NCBI GenBank assembly: GCA_964584805.1
Contig: CAZPAY010000002.1
Coordinates: 80,311 to 144,310 of the forward strand
Direction of reading: 5' to 3'
DNA from: an uncultured Planctomycetales bacterium
GTDB taxonomy: Bacteria; Planctomycetota; UBA1135
DNA: 64,000 nucleotides
Program-made: the position numbers and the translations under genes
In this document: piece by piece, positions 1 to 9,886 of the stretch
Numbering within the stretch: the stretch's first letter is position 1
Layout: each line of letters begins with the position of its first letter
Notes under the pieces: generated by a model
Database searches by the model: none
Seen by the model: the letters and a program-made list of their open reading frames with translations, nothing else
What the model was told of the DNA's origin: nothing

Positions 1-748
1 GAGATGGCTCGAGCAAATCCAAAACGGGGCCTCCGCCGCCGCCGAAAAGGAAGACGCGTAAATCAAGCGTAAGTAAAACCTGTGCCAGCGCCTGGCCCAA
101 TGCAGTGCCGGCAGTTTGGAAAACAGAAAGTGCCGTTGCTTCACCCGTACGGGCCTGATTTGCCAATTCGCGCAGGGGCATGCCGCCGTCGCGCTCCATG
201 GAACGCGCTGAGGCAAGAGCCTCGAGGCAACCTGTATGCCCGCACCCGCACATTACTTTGTGCCCGATTTTTAAGTGGCCAATTTCACCAGCCATTGCGC
301 CTGTGCCAGGAATCGCGCCACCATTCAAAACCAATCCGCCGCCCACTCCGGTGCCGATCGTGATGAGAAGGAAGTCGTCGTGCTTAGCACCCGCACCCAT
401 GCGCGCTTCGCCGAGTGCGCCGACTGTTGCGTCATTGCCGATGGGGACTTCTTGATTAAAGGTATTCTCTAGTGCGTGCCATAAATCAAAACCACTCAAG
501 AAAGTGAGATTAGGGCCACCCAACAATTCCGGTCGCTCGCGAGAAGGCACACCCGGCACAGCAACCCCGATGGGTGGGGTGCTTTGTTCAGGGAGTAATT
601 CATCGACCATCTTATTCATCACCGCGACCATTTCGTCGGCATCATTCGGAGTTGGCGCACTGAGGCGTTTGCAAATGCCACCAGAATCTAAAAGTCCAGC
701 CTTTAGATTGGTGCCGCCGATATCAATCCCAATGCGTTTCGAAATCAT
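1..748 (-). CDS. ROK family sugar kinase (glucokinase-like), partial; 3' end lies beyond the window start
   Basis: Hand translation of the minus strand from ATG (748..746) gives MISKRIGIDIGGTNLKAGL, then GAIPGTGAMAGEIGH and the CGCGHTGCLE zinc motif. It is absent from the ORF track because there is no stop inside the window. Confidence 0.85.
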   Translation of the reverse strand, partial: MISKRIGIDIGGTNLKAGLLDSGGICKRLSAPTPNDADEMVAVMNKMVDELLPEQSTPPIGVAVPGVPSRERPELLGGPNLTFLSGFDLWHALENTFNQEVPIGNDATVGALGEARMGAGAKHDDFLLITIGTGVGGGLVLNGGAIPGTGAMAGEIGHLKIGHKVMCGCGHTGCLEALASARSMERDGGMPLRELANQARTGEATALSVFQTAGTALGQALAQVLLTLDLRVFLFGGGGGPVLDLLEPS

Positions 749-771
749 GCTTTTAAGCCCGACAGGGGTGT

Positions 772-1689
772 TTAACGATTCCGCGTGCGCCGGCGGCGCG
801 TGCCGTCTGAATCGGAATGCGTGCGTGCATCGGAATTTTGACTTTGATGAAAAATATCGAGTGCCTTGGGCATGATTTTTTCAAAATCGTCAATGCGGGT
901 ACTTGGGTGCGGATGTGTCGAGAAGAATTCTATGCCGCCACCACCGCCAGCCTCAGCCATGCGCTCCCAGACAGGGATGGCTTCCCTCGGGTCGTAACCG
1001 GCCGCGGCGGCGAGGTAAAGGCCAAGCTCATCGGCTTCGCTTTCGTGACTACGGGAAAAGGGGAGCATGACACCGAGCGTGGCAACCCCGCCAATTGCGG
1101 CCATCATGAGCGCGCGGTCTTTTGGCTTTTGGTCGCGCATTTTGACTTCCGCGCCAATCATCCCAACCGTAAGCAAGACGCTATGACTCATGCGCTCCCC
1201 GCCGTGGCGCGCAATCACATGCGCAACTTCATGGCCTAAAATAATCGCGAGGCCGTTTTCACTTTCGGCGATGGGCAAAATTCCCGTGTAAACCGCACAG
1301 CCGCCGCCGGGCATCGCCCACGCGTTGACCATCTCTTTATCGTTGATGAGATTGAATTCCCAGCGGCAGCGCGAGGCAATCGACTCGGGGTAGAGCTTTT
1401 GCGCGGCGGACGCAATGCGCCGACCGATTCGCTTCACCATCTCTGCTTTTTCTCCGCTGGTCACCACCCGCGACTCGCGCATGGCTTCCTTGTAACCCTG
1501 CCGACCAAGATTCATCTCGGTGCCGATGCTCATCACATTTAACTGCGAGCGCCCCGTGCCAGGGACGCTCTGGCAAGCCGCAGGCAAAAGAGTAAGCGCA
1601 GCAAGAGCCATGATGCGGGCGCCGGGTAGAAAACGCTTGGCCGCGTGAGCCAAGGGCGAAATGGGAATCGAGAAGAATCGCAACAACAT
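772..1689 (-). CDS. M48 family zinc metallopeptidase, probably exported or a lipoprotein
   Basis: HExxH motif in ILGHEVAHVIARHGGERMS. The N-terminus has a basic stretch followed by IMALAALTLLPAAC. An alternative start is at 1611. Confidence 0.85.
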   Translation of the reverse strand: MLLRFFSIPISPLAHAAKRFLPGARIMALAALTLLPAACQSVPGTGRSQLNVMSIGTEMNLGRQGYKEAMRESRVVTSGEKAEMVKRIGRRIASAAQKLYPESIASRCRWEFNLINDKEMVNAWAMPGGGCAVYTGILPIAESENGLAIILGHEVAHVIARHGGERMSHSVLLTVGMIGAEVKMRDQKPKDRALMMAAIGGVATLGVMLPFSRSHESEADELGLYLAAAAGYDPREAIPVWERMAEAGGGGGIEFFSTHPHPSTRIDDFEKIMPKALDIFHQSQNSDARTHSDSDGTRRRRTRNR

Positions 1690-1740
1690 GATGGGAGGGG
1701 CGGCAATCGCGCCCTAAGTAGATTACACTTCCACATCGTC

Positions 1741-3300
1741 ATGAGCGCTACCAAGCCGACTGTACTCCTTGTTCTCGATGGTTGGGGCCACGCCGCCGCA
1801 ACCGACTGGAACGCCATCACAACCGCGCCCGCCGAGAATTTTTTGTCTTGGTGGAATGAGTGGCCTCATGCACTGCTTTCCGCGTCGGGTCGTGAGGTGG
1901 GTTTGCCACTCGGTTTGATGGGCAATTCTGAGGTCGGCCATACCAACATCGGCGCGGGGCGCGTGGTTTATCAGACGATTTCGCGGATTGATAAGTCGTT
2001 GAGTGACGGCAGTTTCCTCGAAAACGGGGCATTGCGCGGTACGATAGCACATGTAAAACAGCAATCTAAATTGCATCTTTTCGGTCTCGTTGGCACTGGC
2101 GGCGTGCACGCAATCGACCGTCACTATGATGCGATTTTGGCGATGGCCGCGGCAGAAGGTTTGAGCTCATCGCAAATCGTATTCCACGCTATTTTGGATG
2201 GCCGCGATACACCACCCAATAGCGCCCCTGAATTTTTGCGTGAGTTGCAAGCCATGTTGGCCAAGCACGGCGGTCGCATTGCCACCGTGTGCGGTCGCTA
2301 TTGGGCGATGGATCGCGATACCAACTGGGAGCGCACTGAGCGTTACTGGAATTGCATGGTGCATGGTCGTGCTGACCACAATGCGGCCACTGCGGTCGAT
2401 GCAGTATCCGCTGCTTTTGAGCGTGGTGAAAATGATGAGTTTGTTGCTCCAACCATCATCGGTGACCCGGGTGCGGCGACTGGGTCGGGCAACCCTAGCT
2501 CTATTCAAGACGGTGATGCCGTTTTCTGTTTTAATTATCGCGCCGATCGCGTGCGCCAAATGACCGAAGCATTTTTGTTTGACGACTTTGGGCATTTTAA
2601 TCGCGGGGTAATCCCTGATGTGCATTACGCATCGATGTGCCGTTACCGTGATGACTTCTCGTGCCCGGTCGCGTTTCCGCCGCAAGAGTTGCATTCGCTT
2701 TTTGGCGAGTTGGTTTCAGCAAAAGGCTTGCGACAGTTTCGCTGTGCAGAGACAGAGAAATACGCGCATGTCACTTTCTTTTTTAATGGTGGCCGCGAAG
2801 CTGTTTACCCTGGTGAAGACCGCGTTTTGGTGCCGTCCCCCAAGGTGGCGACTTATGACTTAAAGCCTTCAATGTCGGCATTAGAGGTCACGGATGCCGT
2901 TTGTCAGCGTTTGAAGAAAGGTGAGCACGATTTGTATGTCGTGAATTTTGCCAACAGCGACATGGTTGGGCATACGGGCATTCAAGATGCGGCGCGCGAG
3001 GCCGTGCGGGTGGTCGATGCGTGCATTGCCCGTATCTCTAAACTCGCTTTGGCGGCTGGCGGCACGGTTGCGATTACAGCTGACCATGGCAACAGCGAAA
3101 TGATGGTCGACCCGACAACCGGTATCGCACATACCGCGCACACGCTCAACCCCGTGCCTTTTTTGCTCATGGGTGAGGCTTATCGCGGAATGAATCTTCG
3201 CGAAATGGGCGTGCTTGCCGATGTCGCCCCGACGCTGATGCAAGCCATGCGAATTGACCAGCCCGAAGTCATGGACGGCAGGTCATTGCTGCTGCCTTAG
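1741..3300 (+). CDS. gpmI: 2,3-bisphosphoglycerate-independent phosphoglycerate mutase
   Basis: Motifs LVLDGWGH, GNSEVGHTNIGAGR, NSDMVGHTG and ITADHGN. I moved the start to ATG 1741 (MSATKPTVLLVLDGWG), because the track start at 1645 adds a non-homologous extension. Confidence 0.95.
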   Translation: MSATKPTVLLVLDGWGHAAATDWNAITTAPAENFLSWWNEWPHALLSASGREVGLPLGLMGNSEVGHTNIGAGRVVYQTISRIDKSLSDGSFLENGALRGTIAHVKQQSKLHLFGLVGTGGVHAIDRHYDAILAMAAAEGLSSSQIVFHAILDGRDTPPNSAPEFLRELQAMLAKHGGRIATVCGRYWAMDRDTNWERTERYWNCMVHGRADHNAATAVDAVSAAFERGENDEFVAPTIIGDPGAATGSGNPSSIQDGDAVFCFNYRADRVRQMTEAFLFDDFGHFNRGVIPDVHYASMCRYRDDFSCPVAFPPQELHSLFGELVSAKGLRQFRCAETEKYAHVTFFFNGGREAVYPGEDRVLVPSPKVATYDLKPSMSALEVTDAVCQRLKKGEHDLYVVNFANSDMVGHTGIQDAAREAVRVVDACIARISKLALAAGGTVAITADHGNSEMMVDPTTGIAHTAHTLNPVPFLLMGEAYRGMNLREMGVLADVAPTLMQAMRIDQPEVMDGRSLLLP

Positions 3301-4424
3301 TCGCCGAATATTTTTTCAGGCACCACGACAGCTGTCGGCTCGCCATCGGTGACGCCTTCGAGCACGGCGGTTAATGGCTCACCGGCCTCGAATGATTTTT
3401 TGCGAATCAAACCAAGGCCAATCGGCACATCGCGCACGGGCGACCAAACCCAACTTGTCACGATGCCCATTTCGTCACCGGCATCGTTGAGCAATTTTGC
3501 ACCACGCAGCGGGCGGACGCCGTCTTTAAAAGTTAGATGGCAAATGCGACGAGGCGCCTCACCGTAAGTGTTGATTCGCGCGACCACTTCTTGGCCGGTG
3601 TAACAACCCTTTGTCATGGAAACGCGCTGCCACTCGCCGGCTTCAGGCAAAGTCGTGCTGCCGTCAAAATCCATACCCCACAGCGGTCGGCCGGCTTCAA
3701 CGCGGAGCATGTCGAGCACCGCCAAGCCACTCGGGATGGCACCCTTAGTGTCGTGCAATCGCTCTGCAATCAGGCGAATGACCGTTGGCGCCCCTTGAAT
3801 TTCATAAGTTTCAACCCCGCGGTCAGGCCGGCGCAGAATCAACAAACCGCGGTCATCGCGCGCGATGCCAAAACCACCACGAGGAAGTTTGTCAAATGGA
3901 GCCTTGCCGGGCTTCACTTCGATAGCTCGGACGGGGAACTTTTCATCAAGTAGTGCTGCGCGAGCACGCTTACCAGTGAGTAAGAGTCGGGCAGGCTTGT
4001 AGGCGCTCCAGGACAAATCCTCAGAGAAGTGCATTTTTTCTAAATGCGCGTAAACGGCATCTAAAGCAGCGATGGGGAGGTCTAGCGCGAACACATCGAC
4101 TGGGCCAGCTGCAAAACGATAGACGAGCAACTCGGAAATCCAGTGGCCTTTTCCATCGAGCATTGCCGACCACTGACCACAGCCCCACTCTAGTTTTTCG
4201 ATATCACTCGAAAGTAACCTCTGCAAAAAGTCAGCCGTATCGGGGCCGGTGACCTCAATCCATGCGCGGTCACCGCCATCAAAAAGGGCAATGCCATCGC
4301 GGGCCGCTTCGTACTCAGCGCCCACGCTTGGCCCACGGACGGGAAGCAACACATCGCCCTGTGGCGTAAATTCAGCACCCCACTCTTGGAAAAGTGAATG
4401 CAGCGGCGTGTCTTGACAACCCAT
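3297..4424 (-). CDS. ygfZ: Folate-binding YgfZ/GcvT-family protein
   Basis: YgfZ signature KGCYTGQEVVARINTYG near the C-terminus. The N-terminal half is aminomethyltransferase-like. The stop overlaps the gpmI stop convergently. Confidence 0.8.
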   Translation of the reverse strand: MGCQDTPLHSLFQEWGAEFTPQGDVLLPVRGPSVGAEYEAARDGIALFDGGDRAWIEVTGPDTADFLQRLLSSDIEKLEWGCGQWSAMLDGKGHWISELLVYRFAAGPVDVFALDLPIAALDAVYAHLEKMHFSEDLSWSAYKPARLLLTGKRARAALLDEKFPVRAIEVKPGKAPFDKLPRGGFGIARDDRGLLILRRPDRGVETYEIQGAPTVIRLIAERLHDTKGAIPSGLAVLDMLRVEAGRPLWGMDFDGSTTLPEAGEWQRVSMTKGCYTGQEVVARINTYGEAPRRICHLTFKDGVRPLRGAKLLNDAGDEMGIVTSWVWSPVRDVPIGLGLIRKKSFEAGEPLTAVLEGVTDGEPTAVVVPEKIFGD

Positions 4425-4462
4425 GGCCTGATTTTATCGAGTCGCGAATCGCGTTTGGTCAA

Positions 4463-5107
4463 TCATTTTTGCCCTGTTGCGACAATAAGAATTTTGTCTG
4501 ACAAAAAGGGCGCGCGGTGGACATGGATGAGATTTCGCACGGTCAACCCTGCGGCCGATATCTCGTCATGAATCTGCGACATCGATGGATTTGATGGCGG
4601 ATGATCTCGCAAACCCAATTTGTATCGGATGCGCCGACCCCAAATTCGAAAAGTGTGACGGTGCCGGAAATCAATCACTACGCCCACGCGTGAAACGCGA
4701 TTAAGCTCGCGCAGAAATTGAATCCGCAATTCCGAGTCGCGCACAAGATGAAGCATTCGAATGCAAATCGAGGCATCAAAACGATTGTCAGCGAAGGGTA
4801 GTTTGGCCATGTCTCCCGACATGAAATGCGCATTCGGAACTTTTTGTCGCGCCTCGACCAACATGGCAGGCGATAAATCCAAGCCGGTGTACTCGAAGGC
4901 TTGATGAAGCCATTCCGAAAAACGACCGGTGCCGCAGGGTGCGTCGAGCAATGTGCGCGGGTTCAATTCAGCCAGTGCCTTCCGAAGGGCGCGAGCTTTA
5001 CGCCCATCGCGCCGCGCCCCGATTTTGCCAGCCCAGCGCTTGTCGTAGGTGCGCGCAACTTCCGTTGAGCGGTAACTTTCAAGCTTGGGAGGGCGAATCT
5101 GCGGCAT
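4463..5107 (-). CDS. Class I SAM-dependent methyltransferase
   Basis: Motif I LLDAPCGTGRFSEWL, and the length (214 aa) fits a Methyltransf_11/25-like protein. Confidence 0.8.
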   Translation of the reverse strand: MPQIRPPKLESYRSTEVARTYDKRWAGKIGARRDGRKARALRKALAELNPRTLLDAPCGTGRFSEWLHQAFEYTGLDLSPAMLVEARQKVPNAHFMSGDMAKLPFADNRFDASICIRMLHLVRDSELRIQFLRELNRVSRVGVVIDFRHRHTFRIWGRRIRYKLGLRDHPPSNPSMSQIHDEISAAGLTVRNLIHVHRAPFLSDKILIVATGQK

Positions 5108-5141
5108 CGCGAGAGGATAGCGGCATTATCCTGCTATCACC

Positions 5142-6083
5142 ATGCGACCCGACCTCCCCGCTCTGCCGCCGCGCCCGACCGATGCACATAAAGGCTCCAT
5201 GGGTCGCGTCGTTTTGGTAGTTGGCTCTCGCGGGATGGCAGGCGCCGCTGTTTTGGCCGTCGAGGCGGCGATGCGTGGCGGCTCTGGTTATGCCGTCGCT
5301 TGTATTCCAGGCGCGATTGGGCCAGATATGACGGCCGCGGTTCCGTCGGCGATTCAAAGTTTGTGCGGTGATTCTTCCTGCGAATTCTTCAAAGAGGCCG
5401 ATGCTTCCGTTGTGCTCGCTGAACTTTCTAAAGCCCAATCACTCGTCATTGGCCCAGGTCTAGGCCGTGCCGCTGAAACCGGTACTTTCCTTCGTGCATT
5501 GCTGGTTGGCGTGAGCCGCGATTTTCCCGATTTGCCGGTCGTCTTCGATGCCGATGGCCTTTACCACCTCAATAATGCTTTGGGTGACGCCCTACCCCTG
5601 TGCGGCGCACGGGCGATTTCTGACGGAGCCTCTGGCTGTGAGAGCCTTTTGACTACCGGCATTCCGGTGATTACGCCTCATCCTGGCGAGGCAGCATTTT
5701 TACTCGGGGGCGGCTTTACGGTTGATCATGTGCAAGCCAATCGGGCAACAACTGTGCAGCAACTTGCCGATTCTGTGGGCGCAATCGCACTTTTAAAAGG
5801 CGCAGGCACATTGGTAGCCGCGCCGTCTCACGCCAGCTTGCCTATCTGGAAAAACGAAACAGGCAACCCTGGCATGGCTACAGCAGGCAGCGGCGATGTA
5901 CTTTCTGGTTTGATTGGCGCATTACTTGCTCGAGGGATGCTCGCTTTTGACGCAACTAAGGTTGCCGCTTATTTGCATGGACGAGCAGGTGATTTGGCGG
6001 CTGCGGCTCTCGGCCAAGATGGAATGATTGCTTCGGATTTAATTCATTATTTGCCACAAGCGTTCCAAGAGTTTGCGCCGTGA
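5142..6083 (+). CDS. nnrD: ADP/ATP-dependent NAD(P)H-hydrate dehydratase (YjeF C-terminal type)
   Basis: KGSMGRVVLVVGSRGMAGAAVLA and GNPGMATAGSGDVLSGLIGALLARG. Confidence 0.9.
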   Translation: MRPDLPALPPRPTDAHKGSMGRVVLVVGSRGMAGAAVLAVEAAMRGGSGYAVACIPGAIGPDMTAAVPSAIQSLCGDSSCEFFKEADASVVLAELSKAQSLVIGPGLGRAAETGTFLRALLVGVSRDFPDLPVVFDADGLYHLNNALGDALPLCGARAISDGASGCESLLTTGIPVITPHPGEAAFLLGGGFTVDHVQANRATTVQQLADSVGAIALLKGAGTLVAAPSHASLPIWKNETGNPGMATAGSGDVLSGLIGALLARGMLAFDATKVAAYLHGRAGDLAAAALGQDGMIASDLIHYLPQAFQEFAP

Positions 6084-8428
6084 TGATTCGCCTCTACTTT
6101 TTCATTACAGTCCTTTTTGCGCCCAGCCTTTTTGCGCAAGAGCTTTGGACGGAATCTACGGCGCTTGAAGCGCTTACCCCAATATGGGCTAGCCCACGGG
6201 CGAGTATCCCTACTGAAAAACAGAGTGTGATGCCTCTCACTCAGCAAAAGGAGGGGGCCTCCTCTTTTTTGTTAGGGCTTCTTGTTCACGGCGAAGCTGA
6301 AAACCCAGATGCTTGTCTATTGCGACTGCGCGGTGCGATGTCGCCGCGTTTGGCTAGCGAGCTTATTACGGCTCTGAGTGCCGCCCCCAAGCGTGCCGAT
6401 CGCGGGGTTGACCTCCTCCTAACTTCTGATTGGCGAGCGTGTTACGACGCGAGCATTGCCTTGATTCTTGATGTAAACCAAGATGCAGAAGCGCGGGTTC
6501 GAATTGCGCAACATGTGCTTTTGGCTGCGGGTCGCCCAGCACTGGAACGCATCAAGCCCTTATTCGATGAACTTGATGCCCTCGATGACACCCTGTTTTT
6601 CCGCATTTTGAGTTCATGGCAAACTTTTGCGAAAGTGGAAGACGCGCCATTTTTTGAACGCTTAGCGGCATCGTCAGATTCATGGAAGCGCTCGCGAGTG
6701 CGTGCCCTGCAGGCCTACCATGAAATCGATCCCACTAAGCGGCTTGAGTTGTTCGAGGAATTTTGGAGTGGCGACCCTGATTCGGTAGAAGTCGGATTAA
6801 TGGCCCTAGCTCAGCGTGGAGAACACGCTGGCATCTCTGCGCGGTTACGGGATTCTCTCGGCAAGCAAGGGCCCAACCGCGCCCAAATTGCCTTACGCTA
6901 TTTTTCGATATTTGCATCTTCTCCCGATGCACTTTTTCATGCGTGGAAAGACAATGTTCCTGCAGCCGCGTCCGCTAATCGGCAAAACCCATGGATGCGT
7001 GCCCTCGTATTGACTCCATCCACCAAGGCAAAGCAAGCTGTAGCGGAATGGCTCTTGAAAGATGGCTGGCGCTCTTCATCTCTGGCAAGGTCGTTGTTTC
7101 AGGCTATAAGTAAAACACCGGCATTTGAGAACCAGCTGGATGCTTTTCTTTTGCGCGATGATGTCCCTCTAAAATTGCGTATTGATGCTGCACTCTCAGG
7201 CGTAAAACTAAGCTCAGGTGCCCGCCACTTTTTGAAAGGAGTTGTTGAAAGCGGCTCGTTTTCCACTCAGCGCAGGGCGATGCTTGCATTGAGCCGATTC
7301 GCTGATTCTGAGACGATATCACTGTTTATTCAGGTTTTTCAAAGCCCAAGATACGCGAATGAACTTCGCGCTTTGGCTATTCACGCGCTTGCCTCTCATT
7401 CTCAAACGCGAACCCTTTTGCTTGGTTTCCTTGAAGATGATTATGCCAATTGGGAGGTTGCCAACGCGTTGATTGAATCGGCGATTCGTCTCGAAGATGC
7501 AGACTTATTGCACGCAGCGGAGTTGGCAATAAGCGAAGGCATTGGCTGCACCGAGGCTGACGACCGCGCCGCCCTTGAGCGCACTCGATGGGAGGTGCTT
7601 GCCGAGTTAGATTTGTCCCCGGAGATGGCTCCGATTCTAGGCATTGAGCTTCAGCAAGAGTTGTTAGCGGCTAAGGGGGCGGAGTTCTTGACTGCTCGCG
7701 AATGGAATTCCACTTACCCTAGTATTCGTAGTTGCATGCAGGCATATCGGCAGGCCATCCGTAAGTTGAATGTGCGCCCGGCAAATGATTTTCTCCTTGA
7801 GTGTGAGAAGATTGATTCTGCCCCTCTCTATTTTGCTGCGCGCATGATTGCGGATTCAGACCGCCAACTTTGCGGCGTTTGGTGCGAGGAACTGCTTGCT
7901 CGAGAGTTGCAGCCGCGTGAAGAGTTGCTTGTACTTGGTCTGCAGTATCGCGTGAGTTACGCGCAGAATGCTGTAGCTGTATTGGATAAGCTTCGTGGCG
8001 AAAAAGCGCATCTCTGGGAAGCCGAACCGTTTGGGTTGCGTTGGGCTTTCCCTGGTCAAGGCGAAAGTTGGGTTTTGGTGAATGACCGCCTAGCGGAAAG
8101 ACAGTGTCTCGCACGCGCTGAATCTCTAGGCGGGCCAGACTCCATCCTCGCCTTGCTGCCTCTGCTTCAGGGATACGCCACTCCTGAAATTCTCATGGAA
8201 GTCGCAGAGCTCGCCGCTCGAACAAAGCAGCCTGTACGGGGTCTTTGCGCAGAAGATGCACGCCAGCAAGCGATTTCTGTTGCGTTACGATTTGCCCAGC
8301 GCGCTGAAGGGTTCCATCCCTATCGAGTGGAAATTCGTGAACGGGTCGCTGAATGGGCCGTTGAATTGGGGCAGGAAGATACGGCCGCCGAAGCGCGCCG
8401 CGCCATCCATCGTTTGTCTCCACATTAA
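6080..8428 (+). CDS. Secreted all-alpha repeat protein (HEAT/ARM-like by eye), function unknown
   Basis: Signal-like N-terminus MMIRLYFFITVLFAPSLFAQE. The 782-aa sequence is rich in L/A/E/R and I recognised no catalytic motif. The start overlaps the nnrD stop (GTGA at 6080-6083, or ATG at 6083). Confidence 0.75.
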   Translation: MMIRLYFFITVLFAPSLFAQELWTESTALEALTPIWASPRASIPTEKQSVMPLTQQKEGASSFLLGLLVHGEAENPDACLLRLRGAMSPRLASELITALSAAPKRADRGVDLLLTSDWRACYDASIALILDVNQDAEARVRIAQHVLLAAGRPALERIKPLFDELDALDDTLFFRILSSWQTFAKVEDAPFFERLAASSDSWKRSRVRALQAYHEIDPTKRLELFEEFWSGDPDSVEVGLMALAQRGEHAGISARLRDSLGKQGPNRAQIALRYFSIFASSPDALFHAWKDNVPAAASANRQNPWMRALVLTPSTKAKQAVAEWLLKDGWRSSSLARSLFQAISKTPAFENQLDAFLLRDDVPLKLRIDAALSGVKLSSGARHFLKGVVESGSFSTQRRAMLALSRFADSETISLFIQVFQSPRYANELRALAIHALASHSQTRTLLLGFLEDDYANWEVANALIESAIRLEDADLLHAAELAISEGIGCTEADDRAALERTRWEVLAELDLSPEMAPILGIELQQELLAAKGAEFLTAREWNSTYPSIRSCMQAYRQAIRKLNVRPANDFLLECEKIDSAPLYFAARMIADSDRQLCGVWCEELLARELQPREELLVLGLQYRVSYAQNAVAVLDKLRGEKAHLWEAEPFGLRWAFPGQGESWVLVNDRLAERQCLARAESLGGPDSILALLPLLQGYATPEILMEVAELAARTKQPVRGLCAEDARQQAISVALRFAQRAEGFHPYRVEIRERVAEWAVELGQEDTAAEARRAIHRLSPH

Positions 8429-8430
8429 TC

Positions 8431-9204
8431 ATGAAAAAACTTCTTACCATCCTATTGTGCTGTGGCACTGCCTGGGCCATCGCGCAAGAGCCAAACGATA
8501 AGTCGTTGCTGGAAACATTTGCGGAGCAAGGTGTACGCGTTGACCTTGAACGGCAGCTGATTGAGGTTGATGCTTTCGTTTGCCAGCGCGACGAGCCGCT
8601 TGAGTATTTATACATTGACCAGCCGAGAGGAAAAGACCACGAGGCCTTGCTGTACAGTAAAGGTGTTTCGGCTGAAATGTTAAATGCGGCGATGCTCATG
8701 TTGGGTGTCAAAGAGGGGCAGAATGGCCAATTCAAACCCGTTGAGCCGCAACCCACTCCTGAAGAGGCGAGCAAAGGCGCACCCCGCTACAACTTTGAGC
8801 CTGCGTCGGGTGATGGCTTTTTTCTTTATGTGTCTTGGGAAAGAGTTAGCAAAAGCGGTCAAGTTGAAAAGTATTGTGTGCGTGCTGAAGATTTAGTGTT
8901 AAATCTTCGCACAGAGCAAACTTACAAGCGCGGTCGATGGGTTTATCTTGGCTCACGATTTGTTAGGCCGCACAGTAAAGCGCCAGAAGTTTTTGCCGCA
9001 ACGGCCGAAGGTAATTATGTAAGTTTGGTGAATTTTTCACCGGCCAATCATATTCTTGGAGGAGCCGATCCTGCGGCTGATAGCCAAACAGTTTGGTTTC
9101 CTAATCTGTACCTCATCCCGCCGCTGAACCACCCGGTAAAGGTGTTGTTCGCGCGCAACGAAATTGAGTTGACCGTGCCGACGCTCTCCGCACAATCGAA
9201 ATGA
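8431..9204 (+). CDS. Secreted YdjY-like domain protein (tentative)
   Basis: Signal peptide MKKLLTILLCCGTAWAIAQE. The segment IEVDAFVCQRDEPLEYLYIDQPRGKDHEALLYSKGVSAEMLNAAMLMLGV resembles the YdjY-domain pattern as I remember it. It starts 2 nt after the upstream stop. Confidence 0.6.
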   Translation: MKKLLTILLCCGTAWAIAQEPNDKSLLETFAEQGVRVDLERQLIEVDAFVCQRDEPLEYLYIDQPRGKDHEALLYSKGVSAEMLNAAMLMLGVKEGQNGQFKPVEPQPTPEEASKGAPRYNFEPASGDGFFLYVSWERVSKSGQVEKYCVRAEDLVLNLRTEQTYKRGRWVYLGSRFVRPHSKAPEVFAATAEGNYVSLVNFSPANHILGGADPAADSQTVWFPNLYLIPPLNHPVKVLFARNEIELTVPTLSAQSK

Positions 9205-9857
9205 CATCCTTGATTCGTCGTACGCGCCGACGGCTTTGGTTTGCTCGATGCCGCGCGAGCTTGGTTGCGTCCGGCCTAGCCGTTTTTGTAGTTAGCGTAC
9301 TTGGGGAATTGACTCAATATGCGCCTTTGAGAATTGGCGGCCCTGCCTCTATCGTCATTGCCGTAACATCCTTTGGTTGGGTGCTTTATCGCAACCCACC
9401 ATGGGCTGCTCTGGCCTCGGCCATTCATCCAAAGTCTGACAAGGACGGCGTCTGGAGGGCCGCTTTGAGCGTAGCAGATGGGCATCCTCATGCTTCAGTT
9501 TTGGCGGGGAAATGTGAGTTCAGATTGCTGCTGTTTCGTCCTTGCAGGGGGATTGAATTGTTTCATTACGCTGCATTTCTCGCCGTTATGGCTTATGGCT
9601 GGCAGTTGAGTGAGCCTATAGAGGTTGGGCAAGGTCTAGGGCTTGCAGGCCAGAGCGAGCCGTCATCTTCTGCCGAGGGCCAAGTTGACGACCCATCCTC
9701 TAGCGGCGACCTGCCCGCCACGCGACAATATGAGCAAGTTCCACAAGACGCGGCCGAATTGCCGACGCTGTTGTCCGGTCGGAACTTTGGAAACGAGCAT
9801 GCTGCGGTCGAGAGATTCGTCCAACGCCGCCTCGAGCGCAAAGCATCAGCCGAATGA
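9201..9857 (+). CDS. Membrane protein, function unknown
   Basis: Arg-rich N-terminus, then 2-3 hydrophobic helices and an acidic, Ser-rich tail. ATGA overlap with the upstream gene. Confidence 0.6.
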   Translation: MTSLIRRTRRRLWFARCRASLVASGLAVFVVSVLGELTQYAPLRIGGPASIVIAVTSFGWVLYRNPPWAALASAIHPKSDKDGVWRAALSVADGHPHASVLAGKCEFRLLLFRPCRGIELFHYAAFLAVMAYGWQLSEPIEVGQGLGLAGQSEPSSSAEGQVDDPSSSGDLPATRQYEQVPQDAAELPTLLSGRNFGNEHAAVERFVQRRLERKASAE

Positions 9858-9886
9858 TGCGGTTCTTCCCTTCGGCCTAAAGATTC

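Noticed and set aside
82-875. Four plus-strand ORFs (65-123 aa) at the window start.
   Set aside because: They are Pro/Arg-rich antisense frames. The minus strand encodes a clean ROK kinase with all its signature motifs.
1645-1740. A 32-codon N-terminal extension of gpmI in the track.
   Set aside because: It is a Gly/Arg-rich non-homologous sequence lying in the divergent promoter region. The conserved iPGM N-terminus begins at ATG 1741.
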